A stretch of DNA of 63,980 nucleotides, filler included, from Octopus bimaculoides (GCF_001194135.2; 5 parts of 4 records of this genome joined end to end with filler, not necessarily neighbours in it); one strand, 5' to 3'. Shown: positions 1 through 14,530, counted from the whole stretch's first letter. Notes: generated from the sequence alone by a model not told the origin. Numbers and translations: made by a program.

Positions 1-1
1 T

Positions 2-410
2 ATAGGCGCAGGAGCGGCTCTGTGGTAAGTAGCATGCTTACCAACCACATGGTTCTGGGTTCAGTCCCACTGCGTGGCACCTTGGTCAAGTGTCTTCTAC
101 TATAGCCTCGGGCCGACCAAAGCCTTGTGAGTGGATTTCGTAGACGGAAAATGAAAGAAGCCTGTCGTATATATGTATATGTATATATGTGTGTGTGTGA
201 GGTGTGTGTTTGTGTGTCTGTGTTTGTCCCCCCAACATCGCTTGGCAACCGATGCTGGTGTGTTTACGTCCCCGTAAACTAGCGGTTCGCCAAAAGAGAC
301 CGATAGAATAAGTACTTGGCTTACAAAGAATAAGTCCTGGGGTCGATGTTCTCGACTTAAGGCGGTGCTCCAGCATGGCCGCAGTCAAATGACTGTAACA
401 AGTAAAAGAG
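2..410 (+). mobile_element. Composite tRNA-derived SINE (family A head + microsatellite spacer + family B tail)
   Basis: Head TAGGCGCAGGAG..GGTTCAGTCCCACTGCGTGGCACCTTGG and tail GGCGGTGCTCCAGCATGGCCGCAGTCAAATGACTG both recur many times in the window. Confidence 0.85.
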
Positions 411-429
411 TGTATATACACACACACAA

Positions 430-451
430 ACATATGCACATACATGCGTGT

Positions 452-497
<46 letters not shown>
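430..497. repeat. (TG)n microsatellite
   Basis: Direct reading. Confidence 0.95.
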
Positions 498-501
<4 letters not shown>

Positions 502-1965
502 GGTCACCTTATATGGAAGAAAAAGAAAAGAAAATATATAGTTGGAAGTTTACTACTTCCATATTGCATGAAGTTTTATGCCCACTGTTTTTTTTTTTTT
601 ATCTTTGACGCGTTGAATTGTTAATGATTTAGGAAGATGAAATTTGACACATAATTTGTGTAAGAATACTTGGGGTATTTTTCACACATTCTGTAACAAT
701 AACCTGTTGCTTTATACGTTTATATTATGTGTGTTTATATTTTGTGTGTATTTATAATTCTTATCATGTTTGGTCCGGCCTTATATGTTTTATTCATGTT
801 TACCTAGGAGATTCAATTTGACGTTTATTATTCCAGTTTCTTTCTGTTCAGTCGAATACACTGCATCCCTTGTGAATGAAATTCATATTTAAAGAAATAT
901 GTGACGTAGAGTTAGTTCTTGCCAAGTCAACTCATATAGTTTACCCCGTTGATATTATGGAAGAAATTATGTACGTCACAAACTTTTAGCATTATCACAT
1001 GAAAATGTATTATCAACAGCAAGAAAATTATTTTCTATTTGATTCCTGGGCCATGAAAGCTTACACACAACACACTCACAGCACATACATCAGTATAATA
1101 TATAATATATAATACATACATGTATGGGAATATTAAGGACACATTGCTTGTATGGACATTAGAAATGTTAACTTTCAGTTAAGTATTGGTGTCCCTACAG
1201 ATTCAGGCGGTCTTAATATCTTCTTAAATAGTAAATGTTTCTCTTTTATACAATATTTTTGATTGTTACCTTCTGGCATAAAGGTCTGAAAAGCCTGTCG
1301 ATATATCTTACTTTCTATTGTCATTGTATTCGAACAATCGTCCATTATAGAGGAACATATCTTTATATTTATTGTGAAAGCGAAATGGTATTATGTGACA
1401 TTCATACTTTTATGAAATTCCAAGAAAATGATATATCTTTGACACTAAGTAGACATAAAATATTACGTATTTCGTGCAGGAAATCAAATTCCGAGAAGCT
1501 TTATTAGTTTTCTAGACACTTGCTTGTCGAGCACTAGAGTTGTACAGGGCTTACATATTTCTCTTTGCTATATGTTATAAACCAGTGCATAACTAACGCC
1601 ACAGAGAGCAACGATATCAACGTTGTAGCAATCTCTATTCTTTGAAGTGTGGCAATGTTGATATTGTTAGTATTATAGTTCGAGAGAGATTATTAAGAAA
1701 TTACAACAGAAAAATAGGTTAACACAAAAAGACACAAACATATAAATACATATGTGTGTGTGTGTGTATGTGTGTGCGTGAATATGTAAATTTATATGCT
1801 ATACAAACACATATGCATACATACACATATGTGCTTTTTGTGTACGTGGTTAAAAATGGATGGTTAACCATATTTATTTCAAATTATAAATACCTGTGTC
1901 CTTCCGTATCTTTCCATCTCAATCGCTGTTATTTACCTCTTCTCCCTGTTTCATTCTGTCTCTCT

Positions 1966-2056
1966 CTTTCTCCTTCAGTCTTCCTGTCTCTCACTGTCTC
2001 TCTCTCTCTCTCACTCTCTCTCACTCAATCTCTCCCTCTGTTTCTCTCTTGCTCTA

Positions 2057-2092
<36 letters not shown>

Positions 2093-2094
2093 TA

Positions 2095-2143
<49 letters not shown>

Positions 2144-2190
2144 CTCTCTCCCTCCCTCTCTCTTTCTCACTCTCTCGCCTTCTCGCTTCT
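1966..2190. repeat. (CT)n-rich microsatellite
   Basis: Direct reading; explains the SLSL ORFs. Confidence 0.95.
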
Positions 2191-2959
2191 AGAACTCATC
2201 AATAAGAAGCATTAGCTTGAATTTCGACAAACGTTGCCCTTTCGATACATTAAGTTTCATAAACCTGCAGAATACACCGAGAATAGAATTCGGACCAGTC
2301 CGTCTGTCAATACTAATCTCTGAAGGACATATACAGAAGCTAAAAAGCTAATCAATGCTTTACACAGTCGCAGAACTTCTTCAAATGTACGGTTTTTTCT
2401 GACAAATTTCTCATATATGCACTTAACTTTGAAACCAAAGTACTGATAATTAAATTACAACTCGATAACTGTCACTCATAAGTAAAAGCTATGACGACGC
2501 AAAGCATTTTTTTTATATATTATGTATACACTAAATGCATAAAATATGTGAATCTTCTGATATATCTATGGTTTCTTTAATAATTGATTTAACTTCTTGG
2601 CAGTTATTCCATTTTATTGAATGGACATTTGCCTCATGGAATATCTAAACACGATGTCAATCGAAACTTCTCTGGACGATCACAATGGAGTCTCACTCTA
2701 CTCACCAAATATCAGCGATGGCAGAATTAGAAATGCAATTTTAATCCAGCAATTTTGAGGAAATATTAATTTTTTTTTTATTCATATTTCAATTGAAGTA
2801 GTTGTTAAAACTAAGCAGAAATTATGGTAGTCTTTCGCAGTCCACGTAAGACGGTTCTGCAATTACTTGCTGAACAGCTAGTACAAATGAGTTAGTTATA
2901 GTGATCAAATGTTTGTGCATTCTCTTCATCAAATCAATTCTGCCTGATGTACAGTATGT

Positions 2960-3080
2960 CAGATGGGGAACTGATCGCGGAGCAATGTGAAATGAAGTGT
3001 TTTGTCCAAGAACACAAAGCATCACCCAGGAATTGAAGCCACGATGTTGCCAAAAGGTCGCTCGTCACATAAGCAAGGAT
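2960..3080 (-). mobile_element. CORE-like SINE fragment (family D)
   Basis: GGAGCAATGTGAAATGAAGTGTTTTGTCCAAGAACACAA matches copies at 27520-27668, 28283-28420, 31625-31800 and 46560-46690. Confidence 0.65.
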
Positions 3081-3399
3081 ACGAACTGAATAAGCCACCA
3101 CTGTGTATGGAGTTTTAAATAAAATTAAACAATTCAACTCAGAAGCTATATTAATAACAATATATAATGGAAATTATAACATGTAGACGTTCATGCAATT
3201 ATCCAACAAATACCAGAATAAAAGAACATGAATATAGAAGCGTTCTGGCCTACAGTAAAGCATAAATATGAAGAACGCATAAATTTTTATCATAACGTCG
3301 AATATGCTAAGACAAAATATAGTTTGAAAGTAATTGCTCTGGAGGAAAGTTAAAAACAATTCATGGAGAGAGATACGTGAAATATTTCATTTAACCTTG

Positions 3400-4880
3400 C
3401 GTTGCAGCTAAAACACTTTTCTACACATTCAAGAGAAGTCATGTAGGATTTTAAATCAGATTTTAAAGTGTCAGAAGAGATACGGGTAGCATTTTTCCTG
3501 AGGTCTTCCCGATCCCGCCAGCGTGCCGGAGAATTTAACTCTGCTTCAGAAATGAGAGGACGTAATTGGGAAAATCTTTCAACAAAGGTTCGATCAGCCC
3601 TCGACCAATTCTCCAATAGTAATATCACATTGGATGCCACGTGTTTTTTTTTTCTCTTGCACAGTAAATTGTAAGGATATTTCTGGAAAATACAATATAG
3701 CGGCCTGTGCTTTTCCTTCATACTATCTTATACGATATGGAAATTGTATATAATAGGAGTATTTTTGTACTATAAATAAAATAGATTTCATGTTCTATTT
3801 GAGCTTTCTGATTTTGTCAGTTATCACTTTGTACCAGTTCTTTATGGACAAAGCTTGTAGGTTACCGCACATAACGAGACTTCTCTTTCCATTACCTAGT
3901 GTTCTTTGGAATGTTGATTTTATTGTTTCATTTTTCTCCTCACATTTGCTTAGCTCTTCTGTAATCATTTTCTTTCGGCTTTAGCGTCTCCAGAACATTT
4001 TTCATTTGCTTTCATACAGATCACTTTTACTTTTGCTTGTGTCTAAGAATTCCTGTAGACACACTGTGATTATATAATAATGTAAACATAATTCTTCACA
4101 ATATATTTGATGTCCTTTTTCCTCATTGATAATTCACCTGCACCAGCCCAAGGAATGAGATACACAAGGAGAGCAACGTTGACTTCCCAATCTACACTTT
4201 TCGTTTCACATAGTCTCTAACTAATTTTATAGATATAGTTTCCACATGGAAACGTTGATGTAAGTGTCTATAATTTTACTTCTGGCTGTGAGGTGCATTT
4301 TCTCCTTTATTTCTGTGTAGGTTTACATTGTAAATTAACAGATTCAATGAATCATTAATGATTTATGTGGGAGAACAGATCGGTTCTAATTCATTAAGTC
4401 AGTTCTTTTATACTTGTTTTCTTCTGTATCGTTTTGTTAGCACTACTGAATACATGTAAAACTAAATAGTTTCTCCAGTTGGGATTTGTCTCTTTAACAT
4501 ACTTTTATACTATCCACAATAGTAACCAGTGTAGAATTTCTGCATAGACTCAGTATTTTGATTTAACAGCTTCGTTAACGAAGTCAGAACTAAACAGCAA
4601 AATAGTAACGATAAGCAGTCTGCCGTATATGTTCTTTTATGGGATATGTTGGGTTATTATTATATTCTCTTTATCTTGCCGTATTATCGACGCTTTGTAT
4701 TACGACATGGCGTCATTAATATACTGCATTAATGCCGGAGCTGCATTGTTTATATACGGTTTCTCCAATACCCAGCAATGTATTATGTTCTGAAATGTCT
4801 TTTTATAATCAATCCATGACATGTTCAGATTGTGGGTTTTCTATTTTTAGCTGCCTTAAACAATTGCTCGCATTAACATT
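3400..4880 (-). pseudogene. Heavily decayed R4/Dong-type non-LTR retrotransposon RT
   Basis: Minus-strand frames give MSWIDYKKTFQNIIHCWVLE (cf. xAWIDYKKAFDSVPHSWI), VDSIKVC*RDKSQLEKLF (cf. MDDIKLYAK..QLE.LL) and HPM*YYYWRIGRGLIE (cf. HPK..RLY.PR..GGRGL); many stops and frameshifts. Confidence 0.7.
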
Positions 4881-4939
4881 ATAGCTGTTTCCCGAGATAC
4901 TATATCCTTCTAAATATATAAAACATTTGGATTAACAAA

Positions 4940-5099
4940 CTAACTTGCTTCATATTTGTGGCTTTCTCGAGTAATTAAATTAAATAACTGTTCGGAAATA
5001 ATCACATTTTGACATTTGTGACAAGGAAGATGTTTATATATACACACTATAGAAATATACTTTACACATACACACATACACTCGCGCGCACACACACAC

Positions 5100-5131
<32 letters not shown>

Positions 5132-5181
5132 ATATACATACACATAGTTATATACACGCATGCATACATACATACACACAC

Positions 5182-5222
<41 letters not shown>

Positions 5223-5275
5223 GTTATATACATACATACATATACGTACGTACACACATACATATATGTGTGTGT
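4940..5275. repeat. Compound (TA)/(CA)/(TACA) microsatellite
   Basis: Direct reading. Confidence 0.9.
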
Positions 5276-7303
5276 ATTTATAACCGTTAAGTATTACATA
5301 TATAATCAGATATCTCTTCTTGACACCTTTGCTCGTCTAGTAGAGTGTTATCTTCCGGATGAGCAGTCATTCTGCTGCAGAGTGTATGTGTAGATGTTTA
5401 TATATATTTTAGTTGAAACGCTTTATAACCCGCTGTAATACCTTGTGTTTATATATTCTGTAAATACATATTTTCCTCTCAACCAACAATCGGTTCTGTA
5501 TTCTAATGATTTCTTTAATCTCTTGTTAGAAAAGTGTTTCAGTTAAACTTATCAATTCCAGTAACCTTCTTAAATGTTTTGAATGTATGGGATAACATTA
5601 GTTAATTCTTGTAGCTTTGTGTATGCTGTCATCTTTCTTTTCTGTTTTTATATATAACTAGCTGATCACGTGTCATCAATAGTGAAGGCAAATTGTAGTA
5701 TTTTATATATAAATAAGTTACAAAATAAGTTATGTAATAATCACATATACAAACATTCACATGCTTCCCTTGTACACGCACACACAGTTACTCACACAGA
5801 GTTGAAACGCTGATTTTTTTCACCCCTTCCTTTCTCTCATCAGTTGAGAGTCTTGCAAACAGATAACAACGATTCTCTGCAAATCACAAGTGTATCAATA
5901 ATTTTGCACTGAATTTCTCAGATATAACACCAGGCATCCAGTGTATCTAATGTCACAAAGTCATATTGGATATCATTAAGAAGTGCATGATGGGATACGA
6001 TGGTTTTTGAAGGTTGACTATGTCCAGCACTTTAAGATACAGTTGTTGGCGTAAATCAGTCTTGTTTCCACTCAAGTTTGTTTATTGCTTGTTACAGCAC
6101 TCTAGTCACAGACACACGAACACCAGATAAGTGATCTCCGTGTGATTATGGCGGTGTCGGGTATGTAGTTGTTGTTGACGGAAATTAGAATCTTTGCCTA
6201 TTCTTGATGCTTTTCACTTGCATGCAGTTTCTACGGTTTTACTTCATTTCTATTCAATTTATGTTGGAACGTGATTGCAGCGTTAAAGCATATTTTTCCT
6301 AACTTTCCGTTTTAATGCATTGTGCACTTTGATTCTGCTCATGTCTTTTTTTTTTCTTCTTCTCATGTGATTGGACTTCTTTTGATATTGATGTGACATC
6401 TCGAGATATGCTTTTTGTGAATTCTTTTTAACATTATGTGGTATTTATTTCGGAATATCTTCATGTCATGAAAAAAGCCTTCTTCTATTTTAAAGCTTTT
6501 TAATCATGAATTTAGTAGTATTTTTTTTTTTTTTTGTATCTTAATATATTTTTCATTATTTCGTTCTTCTCGTTTTCACAACACACATTTCTCTCTGTTT
6601 TGTTAAAGAAAAATTCGTAATTTTTTTGGCAATTTTTATACTATTTTCTTTCTACTGAGTTTTTGTTTTTCATTAAGACGGGCTTTGTCAAGATCAAATA
6701 ATATTTCTCTCGATACGACAATTTCTGCGAAATAGNNNNNNNNNNNNNNNNNNNNNNNNNNNNNNNNNNNNNNNNNNNNNNNNNNNNNNNNNNNNNNNNN
6801 NNNNNNNNNNNNNNNNNNNNNNNNNNNNNNNNNNNNNNNNNNNNNNNNNNNNNNNNNNNNNNNNNNNNNNNNNNNNNNNNNNNNNNNNNNNNNNNNNNNN
6901 NNNNNNNNNNNNNNNNNNNNNNNNNNNNNNNNNNNNNNNNNNNNNNNNNNNNNNNNNNNNNNNNNNNNNNNNNNNNNNNNNNNNNNNNNNNNNNNNNNNN
7001 NNNNNNNNNNNNNNNNNNNNNNNNNNNNNNNNNNNNNNNNNNNNNNNNNNNNNNNNNNNNNNNNNNNNNNNNNNNNNNNNNNNNNNNNNNNNNNNNNNNN
7101 NNNNNNNNNNNNNNNNNNNNNNNNNNNNNNNNNNNNNNNNNNNNNNTTTTTTTTTTTTTTTTTTTTTTTTGCTTTTCGACAATGAAATTTGCCATTTATT
7201 CTTAACTTCAGTAGAACTTTTGTTTTGACTTGGTATATATCCATCCTTGATTGGTAGATTTTAATCATTGTGAACTCACAGTAATATATTGTTTTTAGTG
7301 TAA

Positions 7304-7525
7304 AAGCGGCGAGTAGGCAGAATCGTTAGCGCGCCGGGCAAAATGCTTAGCGGCATTTCGTACGTCTTTACGTCGTGAGTTCAAATTCCGCCGAGCTCAA
7401 ATTCCGCTGAAGCTGACTTTTCCTTTCGGGGTCGATAAAATAGGTATCAATTGGGCGCTGGTGTTGATGTAATCGCCTCAGCATCTCCATCGAAATTGCT
7501 GCCATTATGCCCAGATTCGAAATCA
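7304..7525 (+). mobile_element. tRNA-derived SINE family C
   Basis: GGCAGAATCGTTAGC..GAGTTCAAATTCCGCCGAG..CCTTTCGGGGTCGATAAA, as in more than 10 other copies. Confidence 0.8.
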
Positions 7526-8081
7526 ATATGTTCTTTTATTGTGATAACAATGTTTTAGTATTGGTGTAGGTATGTTTTTGATATACTGAATATTTGGTCG
7601 GTTGTTAACGCCAGGAATACGCGAGGTCATACCCCCCACAACTATGTTGTCTTTTAAATGTTTTCTTTTTTGTTTTGCTGTGATATTTTCTTTTTCCTAT
7701 GTACAGTAGCTTTTATTGCAAAACGTTTATAGTGCTTTCAGTGAGTATTCGTTGCATATGTTTATTTTCTGTTGTTTTCTCTCTATTTTGAAGGCGAACA
7801 TAAGGTGACGTAAATGGGATTCTGTTATGATTCTCTTATTTGTTGGTCGAAGCTTTATCACTTTTTGTTGAAGAGTTTATTCCTTTATCTTCCATATTAT
7901 TCGCAAGCATAATTTTCGTGGTCTTTCGAATATTGCATTGTTTTTTATTACAATTTTCTGTACATTTCAACTTAATTTTTGCTTTAAATCTTCAAGTGGC
8001 TCTATACAGCTCGTAGCTGTCAATTATAGCAATTTATNNNNNNNNNNNNNNNNNNNNNNNNNNNNNNNNNNNNNNNNNNNN

Positions 8082-8114
<33 letters not shown>

Positions 8115-9229
8115 TATAGTATGCGAGTAACACATCAGCACCTTGTTTGTATGGAGCTCCATGGTCCACGTGTTGTTTCTGTTTAACATATATTTTCTGT
8201 TGCACATTCATACATAAAGTACATATAGATATACGTCCATATGCACAGGTCAGAATGATTAATGCATAAAAACTAGAAAATATGTTGTACACTCATACAC
8301 ACATAAATACATACATGCATTAAATATTTACATGCACGCGCGCGCATGTGTGTGTGAATATTTAATGCATGAGAACCCGAAAATATGTAATAAAAGAAAA
8401 TTTAGGAACTTCCTTTTGTTTCGTTGAATGTTAATATGTGAAAGTAAAAGCTTGACAAGTGTGGCCTGCAGAGAAAACATGAGTTTTAGCAGTATTCACT
8501 ATCAAAGATGGAGGACAAAACATATGACAGAAGAACATATAGCATAAATACACTAACTGACACCATTAAACTGATATATAACACGATATGTTTTATATTT
8601 TCTATGCGTCTCTTAAACGAATCGTTTTACTTTAGAAAGCAACTTCAATTCACACACTTGAATTATGACCTGTGAAAAGAATTGTGTTTAGAAAACACTG
8701 TAAGTTTTCATATTCCAGTAATTATGCTAAATAAACATTTTCTAGAATTGGTCAAAGATCTCGTGTAATAAATCATATTTTTTTTATAATTTTAGGCAGA
8801 AAGCCCGTCATTTTCAAGGGATTATTTTGATAATTACATGGACTCTTGTAGATAATGTCTATCGAATATATAAAAGGTAAGGTTGGCCTTGATGTGATTT
8901 GAACTCTAAACGTGAAGTGTGAGAATAAATACCGCATGGTTGTAATATTATTTCATGCATCTCAAGAAGATATTACCCGGCTATCTCTTCTTTGAATCTG
9001 ATAGCGAACGTTACCGTCACCATAATTCCAAACGAGAAAAGAAAGCATAAGTCTGCCTCTTAACCCAGTGAGGTAGAGATCCTAATTTAATGTTTTGACA
9101 AAAGTTTACGATCGTAAACTAATTCTTTTAAATAAAATATAACGAACATTCGGGAACTGATATGGCGTGCGCATAACATAAACGATAATGATAACGATAA
9201 TAAAAAGTAGCGGTGGTTCAAATCTTGGC

Positions 9230-9355
9230 ACAGGACCAGCGAATTTTATGTAAGGTAAAAAGTTAATACATGAATCTCGGGACTTGACTGGCGATTATTT
9301 TATTGACCTCAAAATGATGTAAAGGAAAATCGACCTCGGCGTAACTTGAACTGCT
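9230..9355 (-). mobile_element. Decayed SINE family C
   Basis: Reverse complement of the GAGGTCGA..TTTC..ATC..GGTCAATAAAATAA core. Confidence 0.55.
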
Positions 9356-9799
9356 AATGATTTACTGTTATATTCCAACGATTCTGCCGTAGTGACAATG
9401 TTTTGTATTTAATGAAGTTTAAGTCTCTGTCATAGCATTTTCTAATGTATTATTTGTTTTGTTCACCATATTGTACCACATAATGCTACCTCTATTCCAC
9501 TGCTAAATATCGCTGGATTGGAACAACAACAGATGGAACTGGGTTACTAACGACAAGAAATGCTATGACAAAGCAACACGTCTCAATTTGCAATAGATTA
9601 GTTTTAGCTTACTTGAATCTACTTGAATCAATTTGAGCCGATGATATACTGGAGGCTATTGTCGCCGAGTTGAATAAACTATCTAGTCTCTTTTCTTTGG
9701 AATGCATCAACAAGCTTAAAGCTATATTTACAGATTAATATCAATAAGGTACTTGAGGCTATGAAACCGACGGAGAAGATTAGAATTTCTATGAAGTGC

Positions 9800-10650
9800 A
9801 GTTTTTCTTTCATAGAAGTTAGAAGCTATTATCTTTTAATGATTCATTCAAAAATCTTCATCATAGGATGGCTTTCAATGGAGAAATGTGTCCTGGCACA
9901 TTTTTGTACAACACATCAGAGGTAGGTTTGTGGTTAGTATCGTTTGTTGATATGAAAGCTTTGCAGTATATCTCTAAAAGTATATAATTCTGTATTTCTG
10001 CACACTCAATTGAAAATTTCAATTGAGCCCAATATACACATGATAGTTCTCGATCGATAGAATACCACCATTTTATTAAACTTACATTCATCCAATTTGT
10101 CTCTTTAACTCTTACACTATTATGGGTATAAGAGAACGTGAAAAAATCCTCATTACGTTTATTACTCATCTCATTCACACCTACGTGTTTCCTGTTGCCT
10201 CTAAAAATCAATGCTTTTATTGGCTTGTTGAAAAGGAAGAGTTCACTAGACTTTCATAGTTCACATTACTATCACCGCTGAGACAAATGAAAACGACTCA
10301 GTTAATATTTTACCTGAATCATTGTATGGTGATCACAACAAGGTAAAACGACAGCAGAGGAATAGTATGGAAGTGTGGAACTACAGATAAGCACAGTCTG
10401 TATTGTAATGGTTTGCGTGATGATTCAATTGGCTGAGGATGAATATGAACACAATGCGGGCAGCAGACATAAGCATAGGCGAGTGAGTTGTCTGAGTGGA
10501 GATGACAAAAGTCTAGTCAGAATATAGGAGCAGATACCATTAGGAGCAGTAGAACAAGAAGGGTGGAGTGACAGATTGTCTTTGAGTGTATTGAGTTTCC
10601 GTTGGATACAGTACAAGTAGAAATGCCATATCTGAATTATTTGCAATATG
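9800..10650 (+). pseudogene. Possible very decayed LINE reverse transcriptase (RTE-like)
   Basis: Frameshifted remnants GFQWRNVSWHIFV (cf. GFRKGR.C.DHIF.L) and LWLVSFVDMKA (cf. LY.CFVDL.KAFD); weak. Confidence 0.35.
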
Positions 10651-11485
10651 TTAGGATGCGGTTTCGAGGAGATTTACCTTCTAAATCTTGCAAGTGAGTG
10701 GATATGTACAGGTACTCATCTTGGGAACGTATTTATTTATTTATTAGATATTTGTAAATAATTTATTAAGTTCTAATTTCCAAAAACACGTTTGGCGGTT
10801 AATATTTGCAGGTGGAGTTTGTACCCATGACAACCAACAGCAACACGAATCGGTGAGGCACCTTAGCGGCAACGCAATGCGATTTTCTTTGATATGTCAC
10901 GCACAGCGACAAAACATTTTAATGCCATCATGCTAGGAAATCTGTACATAACATTTGTCAGAATTTATGTCCTCTAGGAAGTTTATCGCCCAACGGAAAG
11001 AAACACCAGCGAGTGCAAGAGTCCAAAATATAACAGAAACTACACAGGGACAGTGGTTGAAAATAATAGCAAAACATGAACATTATACTAGCATAAACTA
11101 CGTTTTTATTATACATACAGTAATATATGTATATATATATGTGTGTGTGTTCATGTATATATATATGTGTGTGAGTGTGTTCATGTGGGTGTGTAGAGTA
11201 TATCTGAAAGACACGAACTTCATAAGGTAGATACACGAACTACTGAAAGTAAAATAAGATGTAAAACAAAAATTAAGCCGAAATACATTAGCAAATAGGG
11301 AAGACTTGAAATGAAAAAAAGTAATATTAGAAACACGAAGAAAAGTATTCATACGAAATTACAAATCGAATGTTCCAAGTGAAAAGGGATAAAGCTTCCG
11401 CAAACATATAAACGCATGCATATATATATATATATACTATACACACACAATCGTATATATGTGTGTATATAGATAAACATATGTA

Positions 11486-11529
<44 letters not shown>

Positions 11530-12396
11530 CGTATCATATCTTTTTTTTATATTATGTATTATATATGTGGTGGAGGGCATTGTATGTGTTTACATATGCA
11601 TGTGTATGTGTTTATTCCTGAGTGTGAGCGTGTGCGTAGGTTTGTGTGCATTCTACAATATAGACCAAATACACACGTAATATGTGGTATTTCATGAAAA
11701 GAATGAACGCAAATTACGACATTCAATTATAAAGGGAATGCGGTAACATTACAGTTGTAGAGATGACAGGTAACAAGATTATCAGGTTCTATTCACTATT
11801 TCACTCTGGAATCAAGCATCGAGTTTGACATATGTCAAACTTAGTAAGGCACAATAGGACGTAATTTTCTCATGAGAAATTTATGGATAATTGTGGCTTC
11901 AACATGTTAAACTCTACCAATCCAAGCCATATCTTAGCGTTAAGACATCCATCAAGTGCTGATCTTCTCTATCAGAAAAAGACCTCCAACATATGATTCG
12001 TCATTGATTAGATGGTTATTTATATATAATCTGACAGTAAATTAGTGTTCAATTGTGCAAACGATTAATTCGATCTATTGCAACATAGTTTTACAGTCAC
12101 CTAATCAACGATATTTGCCAGTTCCTATCCTTTGTAGGAGAAAATGAAATTGGCAATTTATCAGGTGTATTCAGTGACTATTTCAACGTGAAGAATTATT
12201 TGATATTTCCTGAATAGCCTCACATATCAAAATATCTCTTGACTATCAAGAATGATTGTACTGAGACATGATAAACTGCTAGGGTCTGAGTTTACATGAA
12301 TTTTTGCCTGTTCTTCGAAACGGGAATTTTAACTGCTTGATGGAAGAGATGGTCAAAATATTACTAATACATACACACACACACACACACACACAC

Positions 12397-12440
<44 letters not shown>

Positions 12441-12719
12441 ATGCGATCGGCTGAAATTTGAGAACCGTATTGTGCAGCTAAGTTATAGTGTGTTAATAAG
12501 AGACGAGTGCATCTGTACAGTAGAAAATAGAGTGGCTCTTGTTTGAGGATAGAGAACAATTACAAGGTGTCACTTTAATGGTATATCGATTCCTTCGCGG
12601 CATGTGAAACAATATTTTGAAAAGTAGGACAGTCCCGCTCTTTTGAGATCAAAGTAATATTTGCACCAGTAACACTTTTCGGCTGATGAATGTACATACT
12701 CACTGAATATAAATATTCC

Positions 12720-13082
12720 TTTCTATTATTGCATCGACTCCGAAAGGACGAAACGCAAAGTCGATCTCGACGGGAATTTTGAACTCAAAACGTAAATCTA
12801 GACGAAATGCTGCTAAGCATTTTGTCCGGCACGCTAACGATTCTGCCAGCTCGCCACGTTTCACTGAATACGAATAATCCTTTCTACTATAGGTTCTAGG
12901 CCATCAATTTTGGGTAAGGAGGTTATTCGATTACCTCGACCCCATTGCTCAAGTGGTATTTATTTGATCGATTCCGAAAAGATGAAAAGTAAAGTCGACG
13001 ACGGGATTTGAACTCAGAACAAGGACGAAATGCCACTCAGTATTTTGTCCGGCGTGCTAACAGTTCTGCTAGCTTACCGCCT
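12720..13082 (-). mobile_element. Two adjacent SINE family C copies
   Basis: Two successive matches, each ending (on +) in GCTAACGATTCTGCCAGCTCGCC or similar. Confidence 0.8.
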
Positions 13083-13389
13083 TTCACTGAAGATAAATAA
13101 TGAACAATATAACAGCTCGAATCATTTTTATCTTTTTGAAATATTAAAATAGAGAAAAATTGACGTGGACTCAGCTAACCATGTTAATATTCTGTTGCAA
13201 AGAAATCTAGTCGAATTAATCTAACCATGAGATTTGTGTTAGTGTAGCTTAGAGAAACGCAAAATAAAATAACTGTATTACTAGATGAACTGTGTCACTG
13301 AAACACAATAGGTTTTCTGTTCATAAATCTTAATAAAGCTTAATAATTTCGTTTGATATCAAATCCATGCTTGTATCTATGTATGATAA

Positions 13390-14530
13390 CACTGGTCAAC
13401 AAAATGAAACTAATTTTAATCATCAGAGATGGTGATTGACATTTCTGGGTTAATTTTCGATGCTGATTCCGAATCTGAAGTCCAATTTCCTCTATCCGGT
13501 GACATTTTCATGTTAATGATACCTGCTGTTTTAACTTATAGGATATGTAAAGCATGTCTATATAAAGTATATAGAATACAAGATACGATAATTTCATGGC
13601 TTTTTATTGTACAAGGTTAAACTTATTGTGTACAAATAAGTTAGAATACATTTAGATGCATAACAACTTAAAATCTTTGGGATTTGGACTTTCTATGTTG
13701 TTTTGGCTCAGCTTCATCCCTGTATAACATCCAACAGTAGTCAGCTAACATTCCTGCATTCCCAAATCCTTGATATCGTTCTTTCATCGATCTTCATGAA
13801 AGCGTTCCCCTTGCTCATCAGACACTGCTCCAAGGTTCTCTGCAAAAAAGTCCAGGTGTGAATCAAGGAAATGGACTTTTAGTGACATCCGACAGCCCAT
13901 TGCAGCGTAAGAGTCTAGAAGACATTCCACTCCATTTCTAAACTCTAGCGATCTTTTGTTACCTATGAAATTTTCGCAGAGCTATTTGAAGGATTCCCAG
14001 GGTTTAAGCTCAATCGCATCTAGTGCTGTGAGGAAGTGGTTATCCTTCAGGGGTTCTTTTATCTGCGGGTCTATGAATACGCCATCCTTCAGTTTTGCTT
14101 CGGTGATTTTTGGAAATGTGACCTACGCATATTCAAAACCATTTTAGCCTTTCCTGGCAAGTGTCTTCACGAATTGTTTCATGAGGCCAAGCTTTATGTG
14201 AAGAGGGGGAAGAAGAACATTTTCTGGGTTTAAAAGTGGCTTATTCTGGACGTTAGAAACTCCCGGCTCATATGATTTGCGCAAAGGCCACTCTGATTGC
14301 ACATAGCGCTTGTTAGTTGCACGACTGTCCCATAGGCATAAAAAGCAACAATATTTCGCGAACCCAGATTGCATTCCCAACAACATTCCAATCACCTTCA
14401 AGTCTCCACATATTTTCCAGCTGTAGTGTGTATACTCTATGGCATTGAGGAGTACTTGCATGTTTTCATAACACTCCTTCATGTGTACTGAATGTCCTAT
14501 GGGAATGGATGGTTTCTTATTGCCGGTTCT
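13390..14530 (-). mobile_element. Chapaev (CMC superfamily) DNA transposon, 5'-truncated
   Basis: Transposase relic plus a candidate terminus CACTGGTCAACAAAA at 13390; truncated on the other side by a SINE fragment at about 14535-14600. Confidence 0.75.
13668..14530 (-). pseudogene. Chapaev-type transposase C-terminal half
   Basis: WKICGDLKV..LLGMQ.G..KYCCFLCLWDSR, LLPPLHIKLGLMKQFVK, MSLKVHFLDSHLDFFAENLGAVSDEQGERFH and MLADYCWML; 3 in-frame stops and 1 frameshift. Confidence 0.85.

Noticed and set aside
3350-3721. 123-aa ORF as a host gene
   Set aside because: It overlaps the R4/Dong relic; the GRGLI motif lies in another frame, so this is an off-frame reading.
6636-6727. EIVVSREILFDLDKARLNEK, superficially OmpA-like or a terminal exon
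   Set aside because: It is too short, sits next to a gap and has no further domain support.
12090-12220. GENEIGNLSGVF as an LRR-like fragment
   Set aside because: It is a single partial repeat in a short frame and is likely chance.
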